In this document: positions 1-8,542 of the stretch, piece by piece | Numbering within the stretch: position 1 is the stretch's first letter | How the letters are laid out: the number at the start of each line of letters is the position of its first letter | Origin: a virus | IMG/VR virus record: IMGVR_UViG_3300042545_001484 | Coordinates: 1-64,000 of that record | Reading direction: 5' to 3' (one strand) | DNA length: 64,000 bases | Notes under the pieces: model-generated | The model's input: the letters and a program-made list of their open reading frames with translations, nothing else | What the model was told of the DNA's origin: nothing | The model's database searches: none | Made by a program: the position numbers and the translations under genes

Positions 1-1651
1 TATTATGGCAGGAGTGCGGTCACCTCAACGCCAGTTTAGTTCGTGCGTACTTATCGAAACAGATGACAGTCTGGATTCCATAAATGCGACTTCTTCTGCG
101 ATTGTTAAGTACGTCTCTCAGAAAGCCGGAATTGGTATTGGCGGCGGTTCTATTAGGGCTGTTGGATCTCCTATACGCAACGGCGATGCTAGCCATACTG
201 GTGTTATTCCTTTTTGGAAGCATTTTCAATCTGCTGTTAAATCTTGTTCACAAGGTGGCGTTCGTGGTGGAGCAGCGACTGTCTATTACCCGATCTGGCA
301 TTATGAGGTGGAAGATCTTCTTGTTTTGAAGAACAACAAGGGAACGGAAGATAACCGCATCCGCCATCTTGATTATGGTGTCCAGTTTAACAAGGTGATG
401 TATGAGAGACTTCTGTCTGGAGGTAATATCACCCTGTTCTCGCCTCATGATTGCCCAGATCTCTACGCAGAGTTCTTTTCAGACGTTGATAAGTTCCGAG
501 AACTCTACGAAAAGTATGAGCGTTCAACCAAAATCAGAAAGAAAACCATCCCTGCGATTGATCTCTTCTCATCTTTTATGCAAGAGCGAAAAGACACTGG
601 ACGAATCTATCTGATGAATGTTGATCATGTCAATGACCATGGTTCGTTTACACAGGCTGCTCCGATTAAGATGAGCAATCTCTGCTGTGAGATCACGCTA
701 CCGACTACACCGCTAAAGGATATTCACGATGAATCAGGCGAAATTAGCCTTTGCACACTTGCTGCAATCAATTGGGGAAAGATTAAAAAGCCAGCAGATT
801 TCGAAAAGCCATGCACCCTTGCAGTACGTGCTTTGGATGCCTTACTGGATTATCAGGACTATCCTGTTAGAGCCGCTGCTATTGGTACTCGGAATCGTCG
901 CCCTCTTGGTATTGGCATCATTAATTTTGCTTATTGGCTGGCTCGTAATGACAGTAATTATTCTAATCCAAACCTTGAGTTGGTACATGAGTATGCTGAA
1001 GCATGGAGTTACTATCTCATTAAAGCCTCCGTCGACTTGGCTGAAGAAGTAGGGGCATGCCCCCTCGATCATGAAACCAAGTATGGTCACGGGTATATGC
1101 CAATCGATACATACAAGAAAGAGGTGGACGAGCTAGTTGCACCAGACTACAAGATGCCTTGGAGCATATTATCAAGTCGGGCGTTGGCATCTGGTATCCG
1201 TAACTCAACTCTGATGGCGTTGATGCCAGCCGAAACTTCAGCTCAGATCTCTAACTCGACCAATGGTATTGAGCCTCCTCGTGCTCTGGTTTCGATCAAG
1301 CAGTCTAAGGATGGTGTTCTCAAGCAGGTTGTTCCTGGTATTCGTACTCTGAAAAACAAGTATGAATTGCTTTGGGATCAGAAATCGCCAGAAGGATATC
1401 TGAAGATTATGGCTGTATTGCAGAAGTTTATTGATCAGGCTATCTCTGTCAACACTTCCTACAATCCTGCTCACTATGAAGATGGTAAGATCCCAATGTC
1501 AGAAATGATTGGCCACCTTTTGATGCACTATAAGTATGGCGGGAAAACTCTATACTATTTGAACACCAATGATGGTGCTGGTGAGATTGAAGATAAGTCA
1601 CTTGCTGCTGGCGATATGGATGATGAAGATTGTGAAAGTTGTAAAATATGA
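1..1651 (+). CDS. nrdA: Ribonucleotide reductase class Ia alpha subunit, C-terminal part (5' end outside window)
   Basis: Long ORF entering from the window edge. Catalytic NxCxE motif (SNLCCEITL) and C-terminal Cys pair (CESCKI). nrdB follows directly. Confidence 0.9.
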   Translation, partial: IMAGVRSPQRQFSSCVLIETDDSLDSINATSSAIVKYVSQKAGIGIGGGSIRAVGSPIRNGDASHTGVIPFWKHFQSAVKSCSQGGVRGGAATVYYPIWHYEVEDLLVLKNNKGTEDNRIRHLDYGVQFNKVMYERLLSGGNITLFSPHDCPDLYAEFFSDVDKFRELYEKYERSTKIRKKTIPAIDLFSSFMQERKDTGRIYLMNVDHVNDHGSFTQAAPIKMSNLCCEITLPTTPLKDIHDESGEISLCTLAAINWGKIKKPADFEKPCTLAVRALDALLDYQDYPVRAAAIGTRNRRPLGIGIINFAYWLARNDSNYSNPNLELVHEYAEAWSYYLIKASVDLAEEVGACPLDHETKYGHGYMPIDTYKKEVDELVAPDYKMPWSILSSRALASGIRNSTLMALMPAETSAQISNSTNGIEPPRALVSIKQSKDGVLKQVVPGIRTLKNKYELLWDQKSPEGYLKIMAVLQKFIDQAISVNTSYNPAHYEDGKIPMSEMIGHLLMHYKYGGKTLYYLNTNDGAGEIEDKSLAAGDMDDEDCESCKI

Positions 1652-1845
1652 GTATGAGATACATAAAAATCAATAATGATAGCTGGGATGATCTAAATAA
1701 GGTTTGGGCTGTTGTTGAATATTCCAGACCAAACCCAAAAAGTTCCGCTACGCATTTGGTCCTCGAAGACACCTCTACTGGTGAAACTTTGAGACGTGTT
1801 GTTGCGTTCCACGAAATAGAATGGCTCGAAGCTAAGGATTGGTAA
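1648..1845 (+). CDS. small hypothetical protein between nrdA and nrdB (65 aa)
   Basis: ATGA overlap with the nrdA stop; compact same-strand spacing. Confidence 0.45.
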   Translation: MSMRYIKINNDSWDDLNKVWAVVEYSRPNPKSSATHLVLEDTSTGETLRRVVAFHEIEWLEAKDW

Positions 1846-2922
1846 ATGCCAGTATTTAAAAAAGATAAAGTTGATGCAATGGAACAGAATTGCTTTTTTG
1901 GCAGTCCTGTCAATATTGCTCGGTACGACAAACAAAAGTATCCTATATTCGAGAAACTGACTGACAAGCAGCTTGGGTTTTTCTGGAGACCAGAGGAAGT
2001 TGATTTGTCGCGTGACGGCAAAGACTTCAAGGGATTGAGCGAACAAGAAAAGCATATCTTCACTTCAAATCTGAAGAGACAAATTCTTTTGGATTCGGTT
2101 CAAGGCAGAGCACCATCGATCGCCTTTCTTCCTATCTGTTCTTTGCCTGAATTAGAAACTTGGATTCAAACTTGGGCATTTTCGGAAACAATTCACTCTC
2201 GTTCGTATACTCACATTATTCGTAACGTCTACAGCGATCCGTCAAGTGTGTTTGATCAGATGCTTGACATTAAAGAAATCGGAGAGTGTGCCGATGACAT
2301 CAGCAAATATTATGACGACTTGATCAGTTATAATGTTCGCTGGAATGGAGATGGCGGTGCGCATTATGATCACAAGAAAGCATTATGGTTGTGTCTCAAT
2401 GCTGTTAATGCATTAGAAGGAGTGAGATTTTATGTATCCTTTGCCTGTTCGTGGGCGTTTGCTGAAGTCAAGAAGATGGAAGGCAATGCGAAAATCATCA
2501 AACTCATTGCGAGGGATGAGAACGTTCACCTTGCCTCTACTCAGCAGCTCCTCAAAATTCTCCCGAAAGAGGATGAAGACTTTGCTCGCATACAAGAGGA
2601 GACACGATCTGAGTGTATTGACATGTTTCACAGCGTGGTCGAACAAGAGAAAAGCTGGGCACATTACCTATTTCAGAACGGATCCATGATCGGACTAAAT
2701 GAGCAACTACTCTGTGACTATGTTGATCACATTGCTGCGAAGCGTATGGGCGCGATTGGTCTCAATGGTAAGCCAGGAGCAAATCCTCTGCCATGGACAC
2801 AGAAATGGATCAGCGGAAGCGATGTGCAGGTTGCTCCTCAGGAAACTGAGATCACCAGCTATATCAGCGGTGGAGTCAAGAAGGATGTTGATTCTGATAC
2901 ATTCAAGGGATTTACGTTATGA
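1846..2922 (+). CDS. nrdB: Ribonucleotide reductase class Ia beta subunit
   Basis: 358 aa with the R2 di-iron ligand pattern (FSETIHSRSYTHI, ARDENVHL). Adjacent to nrdA. Confidence 0.9.
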   Translation: MPVFKKDKVDAMEQNCFFGSPVNIARYDKQKYPIFEKLTDKQLGFFWRPEEVDLSRDGKDFKGLSEQEKHIFTSNLKRQILLDSVQGRAPSIAFLPICSLPELETWIQTWAFSETIHSRSYTHIIRNVYSDPSSVFDQMLDIKEIGECADDISKYYDDLISYNVRWNGDGGAHYDHKKALWLCLNAVNALEGVRFYVSFACSWAFAEVKKMEGNAKIIKLIARDENVHLASTQQLLKILPKEDEDFARIQEETRSECIDMFHSVVEQEKSWAHYLFQNGSMIGLNEQLLCDYVDHIAAKRMGAIGLNGKPGANPLPWTQKWISGSDVQVAPQETEITSYISGGVKKDVDSDTFKGFTL

Positions 2923-3095
2923 GAACCAGACAAGAAGAGATTCTGGACAGCATAGGCTATCGTGAGATGATCTGTTGGGATATGGCTGAAGTATTTTTAC
3001 AGAACAGAGATGCCCACGGCATCCATGACATGGGCGTAGAAATTCAGGCTCTACAGAGAGCCAAGCTAGAACTGGAAAAGTTGGGTGAACAATAG
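2919..3095 (+). CDS. small hypothetical protein (58 aa), below the ORF-track cutoff
   Basis: ATG overlapping the nrdB stop (ATGA); uninterrupted frame up to the dCMP deaminase start. Confidence 0.3.
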   Translation: MRTRQEEILDSIGYREMICWDMAEVFLQNRDAHGIHDMGVEIQALQRAKLELEKLGEQ

Positions 3096-3519
3096 ATTCA
3101 TTGATTATTTTATGAGAGTGGCAGAAGAAACAGCTGCCCTCTCGTATGCGAAACGTCTACAAGTTGGTTGTGTCATAGTCAAGGATCGTCGCATTCTTTC
3201 GATTGGATACAACGGAACACCCTCTGGTTGGGACAACTGTTGTGAGCATGACAACAAAACCAAACCAGAAGTTATTCACGCCGAATCAAATGCCATTACC
3301 AAACTAGCAGCATCTACCGAATCTTCAAAGGATGCCACTGCCTTTGTCACGCATGCTCCATGCATGGACTGCGCAAAACTGCTCTACCAAGCAGGAATTG
3401 CAGAAGTCATATATAAGGAAGAATACCGAGATAAAATCGGTATTGAATTCTTAGAAAAATGTGGAGTTAAAGTATGGCGAAAAAAGAAGATTGGACAACC
3501 TGTGGAAATTGTACCTTAG
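3085..3519 (+). CDS. cd: dCMP (deoxycytidylate) deaminase
   Basis: Zinc-binding HAE and PCxxC motifs (HAESNAI, PCMDCA). 144 aa, downstream of nrdAB as in T4-like genomes. Confidence 0.85.
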   Translation: MNNRFIDYFMRVAEETAALSYAKRLQVGCVIVKDRRILSIGYNGTPSGWDNCCEHDNKTKPEVIHAESNAITKLAASTESSKDATAFVTHAPCMDCAKLLYQAGIAEVIYKEEYRDKIGIEFLEKCGVKVWRKKKIGQPVEIVP

Positions 3520-3626
3520 AATTCAGAGTAATCTCGGACAATCATGAGAGCATTGGCTTCTGTCCGTTTTGTGGTTATGAATTAGAGGAAGAAGAAGAGC
3601 TGCTTGAAGATGAAGAGTGGGATTGA
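3474..3626 (+). CDS. small zinc-ribbon protein (about 50 aa), overlaps the cd 3' end in another frame
   Basis: Own translation: MAKKEDWTTCGNCTLEF...CPFCGYELEEEEELLEDEEWD, two CxxC pairs. Stop overlaps the ATG of the next gene (TGATG). Confidence 0.3.
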   Translation: MAKKEDWTTCGNCTLEFRVISDNHESIGFCPFCGYELEEEEELLEDEEWD

Positions 3627-4039
3627 TGCCTTGGATTTTCCAAGGTCAGGCTCTTGAAGAAATCCCTGAAAATGCGTATGGGTTCGTTTACATAATCACT
3701 CAGATATCCACTGGTAAAAGATACATCGGAAGAAAGTTCTTTACCAAAGCTGGATACAAAACTGTCAACAAGAAACGCAAGAAGATCCGTCTTGAGTCTG
3801 ATTGGAAAGACTACTACGGATCATCCCCCTCAATGTCACGAGCATTAGAAGAATTCGGAAAAGAAGATTTCTCCCGAGAGATCGTGCGTATATGCTACAA
3901 CCGATCCGAGTGCAGCTACTACGAATCAAAGCTGATTTTCCAGCACGATGCCATCCTATCGGAAGATTTCTATAACGATTGGGTAAGCGTCAAGATTTCC
4001 TCGGTCCATGTGAATGCTGTAAAGAATCCTAAAAAATAA
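3626..4039 (+). CDS. GIY-YIG homing endonuclease (Seg-like); ORF track starts at GTG 3617
   Basis: GIY-YIG motif GFVYIITQIS...GKRYIGRKF. Free-standing small endonuclease inserted next to cd/nrd genes, as T4 seg genes are. Confidence 0.7.
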   Translation: MPWIFQGQALEEIPENAYGFVYIITQISTGKRYIGRKFFTKAGYKTVNKKRKKIRLESDWKDYYGSSPSMSRALEEFGKEDFSREIVRICYNRSECSYYESKLIFQHDAILSEDFYNDWVSVKISSVHVNAVKNPKK

Positions 4040-4042
4040 TTC

Positions 4043-4080
4043 TTGCTTTATTTTTAAAAATAAGGTAGAGTGAATAATAG
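4043..4080 (+). promoter_or_regulatory. conserved phage promoter cassette: TTGCTT, 17-bp spacer, TAGAGT, GAATAATAGGA
   Basis: One of at least 18 near-identical copies in this window. The sigma70-like -35 and -10 are 17 bp apart and sit just upstream of gene 4092. Confidence 0.6.
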
Positions 4081-4091
4081 GAGAACGAAAC

Positions 4092-4379
4092 ATGACCGAC
4101 GTTTACACACTTTTCCAAGAGTTAGAATCGTACGAAATTTTCGAGATGCGCGAGGAGTATCAAAACCTCAGAGCGCAAATAGAAAAATTAGGAAAGTTCG
4201 AACAGCGGCAACGCAAATTCAAAAAGGATCAAGACCGAGTTTGTTGGCTTAGACGAGCCAACGAGACCACGATCACGATAGAAGAACTAGACGGCACCGA
4301 AACAATTCAGAACCGACTAGAGTACGAAATTCAAAAAGGAAACGTCAAGGCGACCGACCCACTTCTAAAATATATTTAA
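4092..4379 (+). CDS. hypothetical protein (95 aa)
   Basis: Follows the conserved promoter and an RBS; K/E-rich. Confidence 0.55.
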   Translation: MTDVYTLFQELESYEIFEMREEYQNLRAQIEKLGKFEQRQRKFKKDQDRVCWLRRANETTITIEELDGTETIQNRLEYEIQKGNVKATDPLLKYI

Positions 4380-4394
4380 GAGAAAGTTTAAACT

Positions 4395-4901
4395 ATGTGG
4401 ATTGTTGATGATTTTTTGCCTGACTCTTTATACAACGACTTAAAAAATGTTGTGTTGGGTGATCAGATCAACTGGAACTATATGCCTGGAGGTACTTCCG
4501 TCGATATAAAAGATGAATTTTATTTCGTCCACAAAGTCATAGCCAAAGAGCACACTTCTCCTATATTCAATGACATCAAACCAGTGCTGTATTTTATGGA
4601 TGACAAGCTTGGCTTTGTGATCGATAATCTGATGAGGATCAACTGTACGCTGTGCACAAACCAAGGCAAAATAAAGCCACAAACAATGCATGTGGATTTT
4701 GATGAACCTCACTATACAGGCATATACTACATCAATACCAACAATGGACCTACGATAGTAGAAGACACCAAGGTTGATAGTGTCGCCAATCGCTTTGTGT
4801 TGTTTGATGGACTCAAGAAACATGCTGCGACAATACAGGATGATACGTTTGTTCGGGCCAATATCGTGTTCAATATGAAAGGTCACTTTAGACAAAAATA
4901 A
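4395..4901 (+). CDS. hypothetical protein, possible 2OG-Fe(II) oxygenase fold
   Basis: HxD (MHVDFD), a distal His (KKHAATIQ) and an R-x-N-I-V-F segment resemble the 2OG-oxygenase facial triad. Weak call. Confidence 0.4.
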   Translation: MWIVDDFLPDSLYNDLKNVVLGDQINWNYMPGGTSVDIKDEFYFVHKVIAKEHTSPIFNDIKPVLYFMDDKLGFVIDNLMRINCTLCTNQGKIKPQTMHVDFDEPHYTGIYYINTNNGPTIVEDTKVDSVANRFVLFDGLKKHAATIQDDTFVRANIVFNMKGHFRQK

Positions 4902-4925
4902 AAATGTCTGGACCAAAAATAGTCC

Positions 4926-4963
4926 TTGACTTTTTTTAAAAAATAGGTTAGAGTGAAATATAA
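4926..4963 (+). promoter_or_regulatory. conserved promoter cassette (TTGACT, 17 bp, TAGAGT)
   Basis: Same cassette as at 4043; precedes gene 4987. Confidence 0.6.
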
Positions 4964-4986
4964 GGTTGATTGAAAGGGAATTGATT

Positions 4987-5391
4987 ATGTTGACTCTTCG
5001 CGATATTGATGCCGCCACTGGTTCGAAAGATGCAAGCATCTACTCGGATCTCTACAAGGAAGTGTATGGATGTCGTCCATATAATCCTACGTTTGAGTCG
5101 GTCGAAGCATTCGATGCTGACTTCGAGTATCTCTCGTTGAAACTCGATAAGCAGATCGCTTACGAACAGGATCGGCAGGAGAAGGCATTCCTGGAGTTTA
5201 CTGCTCGTGTTGCAGCCACGATGTACCTTGTCGAAGGCACCACTCGCGAGCGTGCGATCGAGATCATTGCCGAAGCCGAAGGCATCAGTGAACGAGAGTT
5301 CGATTTCTATGGTCTCGAGATTCTTGAGAACGAATTGAACCTCAAGTACGGTTCAATCGCCAAGTGGGTGTCGGAGGCTGCTGATGCCTGA
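4987..5391 (+). CDS. hypothetical protein (ORF track start 4966; ATG 4987 sits behind an AAGGGA RBS)
   Basis: 4966 would lie at the predicted transcription start of the upstream promoter. 4987 has proper RBS spacing. Confidence 0.55.
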   Translation: MLTLRDIDAATGSKDASIYSDLYKEVYGCRPYNPTFESVEAFDADFEYLSLKLDKQIAYEQDRQEKAFLEFTARVAATMYLVEGTTRERAIEIIAEAEGISEREFDFYGLEILENELNLKYGSIAKWVSEAADA

Positions 5392-5535
5392 GTATATGGA
5401 TATCAATGGAGTCTTGCTCGAGCGCTACGAATGGGCAGGTGGAATGAGTATGAGACACAAACAAGTGTCCAAGAGTCAGGCTGCTCGCAAGAAGGAAGTT
5501 GAAAAAGGTTTGGCAAAAATCGTGATTTTCTCCTA
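5384..5535 (+). CDS. small basic hypothetical protein (about 49 aa)
   Basis: Own translation MPEYMDINGVLLERYEWAGGMSMRHKQVSKSQAARKKEVEKGLAKIVIFS; overlaps the previous stop. Confidence 0.25.
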
Positions 5536-5544
5536 AATAAAACC

Positions 5545-5580
5545 TTGACTTATTTAATTAGATAGGTTATATTGAATTAT
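5545..5580 (+). promoter_or_regulatory. conserved promoter cassette variant (TTGACT, 17 bp, TATATT) driving the first tRNA cluster
   Basis: Same architecture as the others; ends about 10 nt before tRNA-Asn. Confidence 0.55.
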
Positions 5581-5589
5581 AAAGTTTAT

Positions 5590-5664
5590 TCCCTGATGGC
5601 GCAGCGGTAGCGCAGTTGACTGTTAATCAATTGGTCGGAGGTTCGAATCCTTCTCAGGGAGCCA
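5590..5664 (+). tRNA. tRNA-Asn (GTT)
   Basis: Acceptor tccctga/tcaggga; anticodon loop cuGUUaa; T-loop GGTTCGAATCC; CCA encoded. Confidence 0.85.
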
Positions 5665-5691
5665 ACTATTGTGCGAAAAGGAAAAAAGATT

Positions 5692-5865
5692 ATGACTGAA
5701 GTATTAGTGTTTAAATTTCCTGCTCTTAATGACGGTTCTCGTACTGCAATCGAGCGCACATTTTGCGAACTCATCAATGATTATCGCAATGGTGTTAAGC
5801 TGGATCCTGAGGCTCTTGACTGGATGGATACGGCAAACAACTTTTTGATGACATCGGAGAGTTAA
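5692..5865 (+). CDS. small hypothetical protein (57 aa, start moved to the ATG behind an AAAAGGAAAAAAGATT RBS)
   Basis: ORF between tRNA-Asn and tRNA-Arg; MTEVLVFKFPALNDGS... Confidence 0.35.
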   Translation: MTEVLVFKFPALNDGSRTAIERTFCELINDYRNGVKLDPEALDWMDTANNFLMTSES

Positions 5866-5873
5866 AGTTTATT

Positions 5874-5950
5874 GCGCTGTTAGCTCATCTGGATAGAGCG
5901 CGAGACTTCTAATCTTGAGGCAGCAGGTTCGAGTCCTGCACAGCGCACCA
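5874..5950 (+). tRNA. tRNA-Arg (TCT)
   Basis: Acceptor gcgctgt/acagcgc; anticodon loop cuUCUaa; GGTTCGAGTCC T-loop; CCA encoded. Confidence 0.85.
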
Positions 5951-5951
5951 T

Positions 5952-6026
5952 ACTCCTGTAGCTCAACGGTAGAGCCGACCGCTCATAACGGTTTGGTTAG
6001 GGGTTCGAATCCCTTCGGGAGTACCA
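5952..6026 (+). tRNA. tRNA with CAT anticodon (elongator Met or Ile-lysidine type)
   Basis: Acceptor actcctg/cgggagt with a G-U pair; loop cuCAUaa. No three G-C pairs in the anticodon stem, so not an initiator. Confidence 0.75.
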
Positions 6027-6029
6027 ATT

Positions 6030-6107
6030 GTGTCGATGGCAGAGTGGTCAAATGCAAAGGACTGCAAATCCTTCCAGTCGTGGGTTCGAATCCCACTCGG
6101 CACTCCA
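6030..6107 (+). tRNA. tRNA-Cys (GCA)
   Basis: Acceptor gtgtcga/tcggcac; anticodon stem aagga/tcctt with loop cuGCAaa; GGTTCGAATCC; CCA encoded. Confidence 0.75.
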
Positions 6108-6129
6108 TTTTTAATTTGAGGATTTAAAT

Positions 6130-6708
6130 ATGACAGAAAAAATTAAGATTAAGCGTTCTTGGGATGAAGAAGGCGAAAACTTACCTCAGGTAGTTCCTAG
6201 CGTAGTCTTCAAGACTCGTGTTCGCGATAACTCGATTGAAGGTGACAATCCCTATCGTTGGGAAGATGTGACATCCTTTGATCTGTTCGCTGGCAAACGT
6301 GTTGTTCTGTTCTCGCTTCCAGGTGCATTTACTCCGACTTGTTCGACAATGCAGCTTCCTGGGTTTGAAAACAGCTTCGCCGAGTTTAAGGCTCTGGGTA
6401 TCAAGGATATCTACTGCATCTCAGTCAATGATGCATTCGTAATGAACTGCTGGGCTAAGGCTCAAAAGATTAAGAAGGTCAAGGTAATTCCTGACGGATC
6501 GTGCGAGTTTACTAGCAAGATGCATATGCGGGTTCAGAAAGACAATCTTGGTTTTGGCGAGCGTTCTTGGCGTTATGCTTGTGTTGTGAACAACGGCAAG
6601 ATTGAGAAATGGTTCATCGAACCTGATCCTCGCGATAATGCTGACACTGATCCATACGGCGAAACGTCACCAGAAAACATTCTGGCTTGGTTAAAAACAA
6701 GCGCATAG
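6130..6708 (+). CDS. peroxiredoxin (Prx5-like, AhpC/TSA family)
   Basis: Peroxidatic-Cys motif LPGAFTPTCS; 192 aa. Confidence 0.8.
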   Translation: MTEKIKIKRSWDEEGENLPQVVPSVVFKTRVRDNSIEGDNPYRWEDVTSFDLFAGKRVVLFSLPGAFTPTCSTMQLPGFENSFAEFKALGIKDIYCISVNDAFVMNCWAKAQKIKKVKVIPDGSCEFTSKMHMRVQKDNLGFGERSWRYACVVNNGKIEKWFIEPDPRDNADTDPYGETSPENILAWLKTSA

Positions 6709-6715
6709 AATTTCT

Positions 6716-7150
6716 ATGGAGAAAGTCAGACAATGCGGTGATTGCACTGCATGCTGCGAAGGTTGGCATATGGGGAGCGTTCTGGGATATGATATGTTCC
6801 CAGGACGACCCTGTCAATTTTTATGCAATGGATGCACTATCTACGAAGATAGACCAAAGGATCCTTGCATTGACTATTCTTGTGATTGGCTACGGCAAGA
6901 TGTATTCCCAGAATGGATGCGTCCTGACATCTCAAAGGTTATTATTACTACTAGAGAATGGCAGGATGGATTATATTATGAATTCAGAGAAACTGATGCA
7001 ATAATCAGTTCTCAGATTCTTGCTTGGATCTATGAATTTGGCGCAAAACAAAACCACAATATGAGAGTTATGATCAATAATTACTGGCACAATTATGGTT
7101 CTGTTGAATTTTGTAATGCAGTATCAAACACCTCTGTAGCTCAACGGTAG
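6716..7150 (+). CDS. Cys-rich hypothetical protein (about 12 Cys in the first 60 aa); 3' end overlaps tRNA 7130
   Basis: CGDCTACCEGW...CQFLCNGC...CIDYSC pattern suggests metal binding. The stop lies inside the following tRNA. Confidence 0.45.
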   Translation: MEKVRQCGDCTACCEGWHMGSVLGYDMFPGRPCQFLCNGCTIYEDRPKDPCIDYSCDWLRQDVFPEWMRPDISKVIITTREWQDGLYYEFRETDAIISSQILAWIYEFGAKQNHNMRVMINNYWHNYGSVEFCNAVSNTSVAQR

Positions 7151-7204
7151 AGCATTCGCTTCATACGCGAAAGGTTGTTGGCTCGAGTCCAACCAGAGGT
7201 ACCA
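7130..7204 (+). tRNA. second tRNA with CAT anticodon (Met/Ile2)
   Basis: Acceptor acctctg/cagaggt; anticodon stem ttcgc/gcgaa with loop uuCAUac; CCA encoded. Confidence 0.75.
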
Positions 7205-7205
7205 T

Positions 7206-7282
7206 GTCCCGTTCGTCTAGCGGTCTAGGACACTGCCCTTTCACGGCAGAGATCAGGGGTTCGAATCCCCTACGGGATACCA
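7206..7282 (+). tRNA. tRNA-Glu (TTC)
   Basis: Close to the E. coli tRNA-Glu sequence pattern (GTCCC.TTCGTCTAG...CCCTTTCACGG...); CCA encoded. Confidence 0.9.
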
Positions 7283-7283
7283 T

Positions 7284-7359
7284 ACGGGTATAGCTCAGCT
7301 GGTAGAGCAAACGACCGATAATCGTTAGGTCACAGGTTCGAACCCTGTTACCCGTACCA
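7284..7359 (+). tRNA. tRNA-Ile (GAT)
   Basis: Acceptor acgggta/tacccgt; loop ccGAUaa; CCA encoded. Confidence 0.85.
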
Positions 7360-7387
7360 ATTTGTTTATTAGGTTTTGTAAAAACAA

Positions 7388-7888
7388 ATGTTAAAAAATC
7401 AAAGAAACCTACTCCTTGGAGTGCCTAAGTGTGGGTCCACAACTGCCAGAGAATTTCTAGTTGGTGAGCGAGTAAGCATATTAGAACCTCATATACTATA
7501 CCAAGATATACAAGGGGAGTTCGATAATGTGTATGCATTTTGGAGAGACCCTGTAGATCGGTTTAAGTCTGCTGTGAAGTTCTTTAATGAGACTGACGAG
7601 GATGGAACAGTATGGGATGCTAGAGAGATTATTACAGGCTTAATGTCTGGCGACCCTCCTTTAATGCTCTTTAAACCTCAGTGTGAGTGGTATAAGAATG
7701 TGCCGAATTTAACGATTCTTCCCTTCTCTGAGTACGAAACTAGTATTAGATTTCTAGAGACCATATTTGGGTCTACAGGCGCTGATATACCTAGACTACA
7801 TAAAACAGTAACATTCTTAGAACTTGACGATGATCTGGAAGAAATGGTAAGAAATTACTATAAAGAGGATTATGAGTACGTGTGCTAA
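7388..7888 (+). CDS. sulfotransferase-like protein (166 aa)
   Basis: 5'-PSB-like motif GVPKCGSTT and 3'-PB-like motif RDPVDRFKS, which are the PAPS-binding signatures of sulfotransferases. Short for the family. Confidence 0.45.
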   Translation: MLKNQRNLLLGVPKCGSTTAREFLVGERVSILEPHILYQDIQGEFDNVYAFWRDPVDRFKSAVKFFNETDEDGTVWDAREIITGLMSGDPPLMLFKPQCEWYKNVPNLTILPFSEYETSIRFLETIFGSTGADIPRLHKTVTFLELDDDLEEMVRNYYKEDYEYVC

Positions 7889-7916
7889 GTTTGATGGACG
7901 ATTTTTGAAAATACTT

Positions 7917-7955
7917 CTTGCTTTATTTTTAATTCTAGGTTAGAGTGAATAATAG
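7917..7955 (+). promoter_or_regulatory. conserved promoter cassette (TTGCTT, 17 bp, TAGAGT, GAATAATAGGA)
   Basis: Precedes gene 7959. Confidence 0.6.
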
Positions 7956-7958
7956 GAA

Positions 7959-8174
7959 ATGAAGGAATTCGAAATGGAAGTTTTTGCATTGTTAGGTGAG
8001 TTTGATCACCACGGTTCGCTGTTGTTGGGCGTGTATGCATCTGAAGAAGAAGCACGGACTGCCTACGGTGTGTATACTCGTGACGGCGATCAATTCATCG
8101 ATTTTTACTACATCGAGCATCGTGTAGTCGGCGCTCCTGTAGATTCCGAACGTCATCGGATCTACATCGGTTAA
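7959..8174 (+). CDS. hypothetical protein (71 aa)
   Basis: Promoter plus ATG; acidic. Confidence 0.5.
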   Translation: MKEFEMEVFALLGEFDHHGSLLLGVYASEEEARTAYGVYTRDGDQFIDFYYIEHRVVGAPVDSERHRIYIG

Positions 8175-8182
8175 AGTTTAAT

Positions 8183-8258
8183 GGACCCTTAGCTCAGTCG
8201 GTAGAGCATCGGACTCTTAATCCGCAGGTCGTTGGTTCGAATCCAACAGGGTCTACCA
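8183..8258 (+). tRNA. tRNA-Lys (CTT)
   Basis: Acceptor ggaccct/agggtct; loop cuCUUaa (one mismatch at the top of the anticodon stem); CCA encoded. Confidence 0.8.
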
Positions 8259-8262
8259 ATTC

Positions 8263-8338
8263 GGACGGTTAGCTCAGTAGGTAGAGCAACGGGCTTTTAA
8301 CCTGTGTGTCCTGGGTTCAAACCCCAGACCGTCCACCA
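8263..8338 (+). tRNA. tRNA-Lys (TTT)
   Basis: Acceptor ggacggt/accgtcc; loop cuUUUaa; CCA encoded. Confidence 0.85.
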
Positions 8339-8352
8339 TTTTTGGAGATTGT

Positions 8353-8530
8353 TATGGGTAAAATGATTTTTGCTTTCTTGTCAATGTGTATAATTTTATA
8401 TACAAGCATTGATATTTTCCGTCGGCTGACCGGAAAAGAAAAGATGGAGTTTGTTAAGTTGGCCAGTTACTCGTTGGGCATTGCGACAATCGCGTCGCTA
8501 TTTGCTCTTGCTATTATCGTTTTGTTTTAA
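8353..8530 (+). CDS. small hydrophobic membrane protein (59 aa), possible NfeD-like partner of the SPFH protein
   Basis: MGKMIFAFLSMCIILY...IATIASLFALAIIVLF, two predicted TM helices. Immediately upstream of the SPFH gene. Confidence 0.45.
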
Positions 8531-8542
8531 GGAAGATATATT

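Noticed and set aside
4440-5039. 199-aa minus-strand ORF
   Set aside because: Antisense to two plus-strand genes and a conserved promoter cassette. No RBS or promoter of its own, and low-complexity translation.
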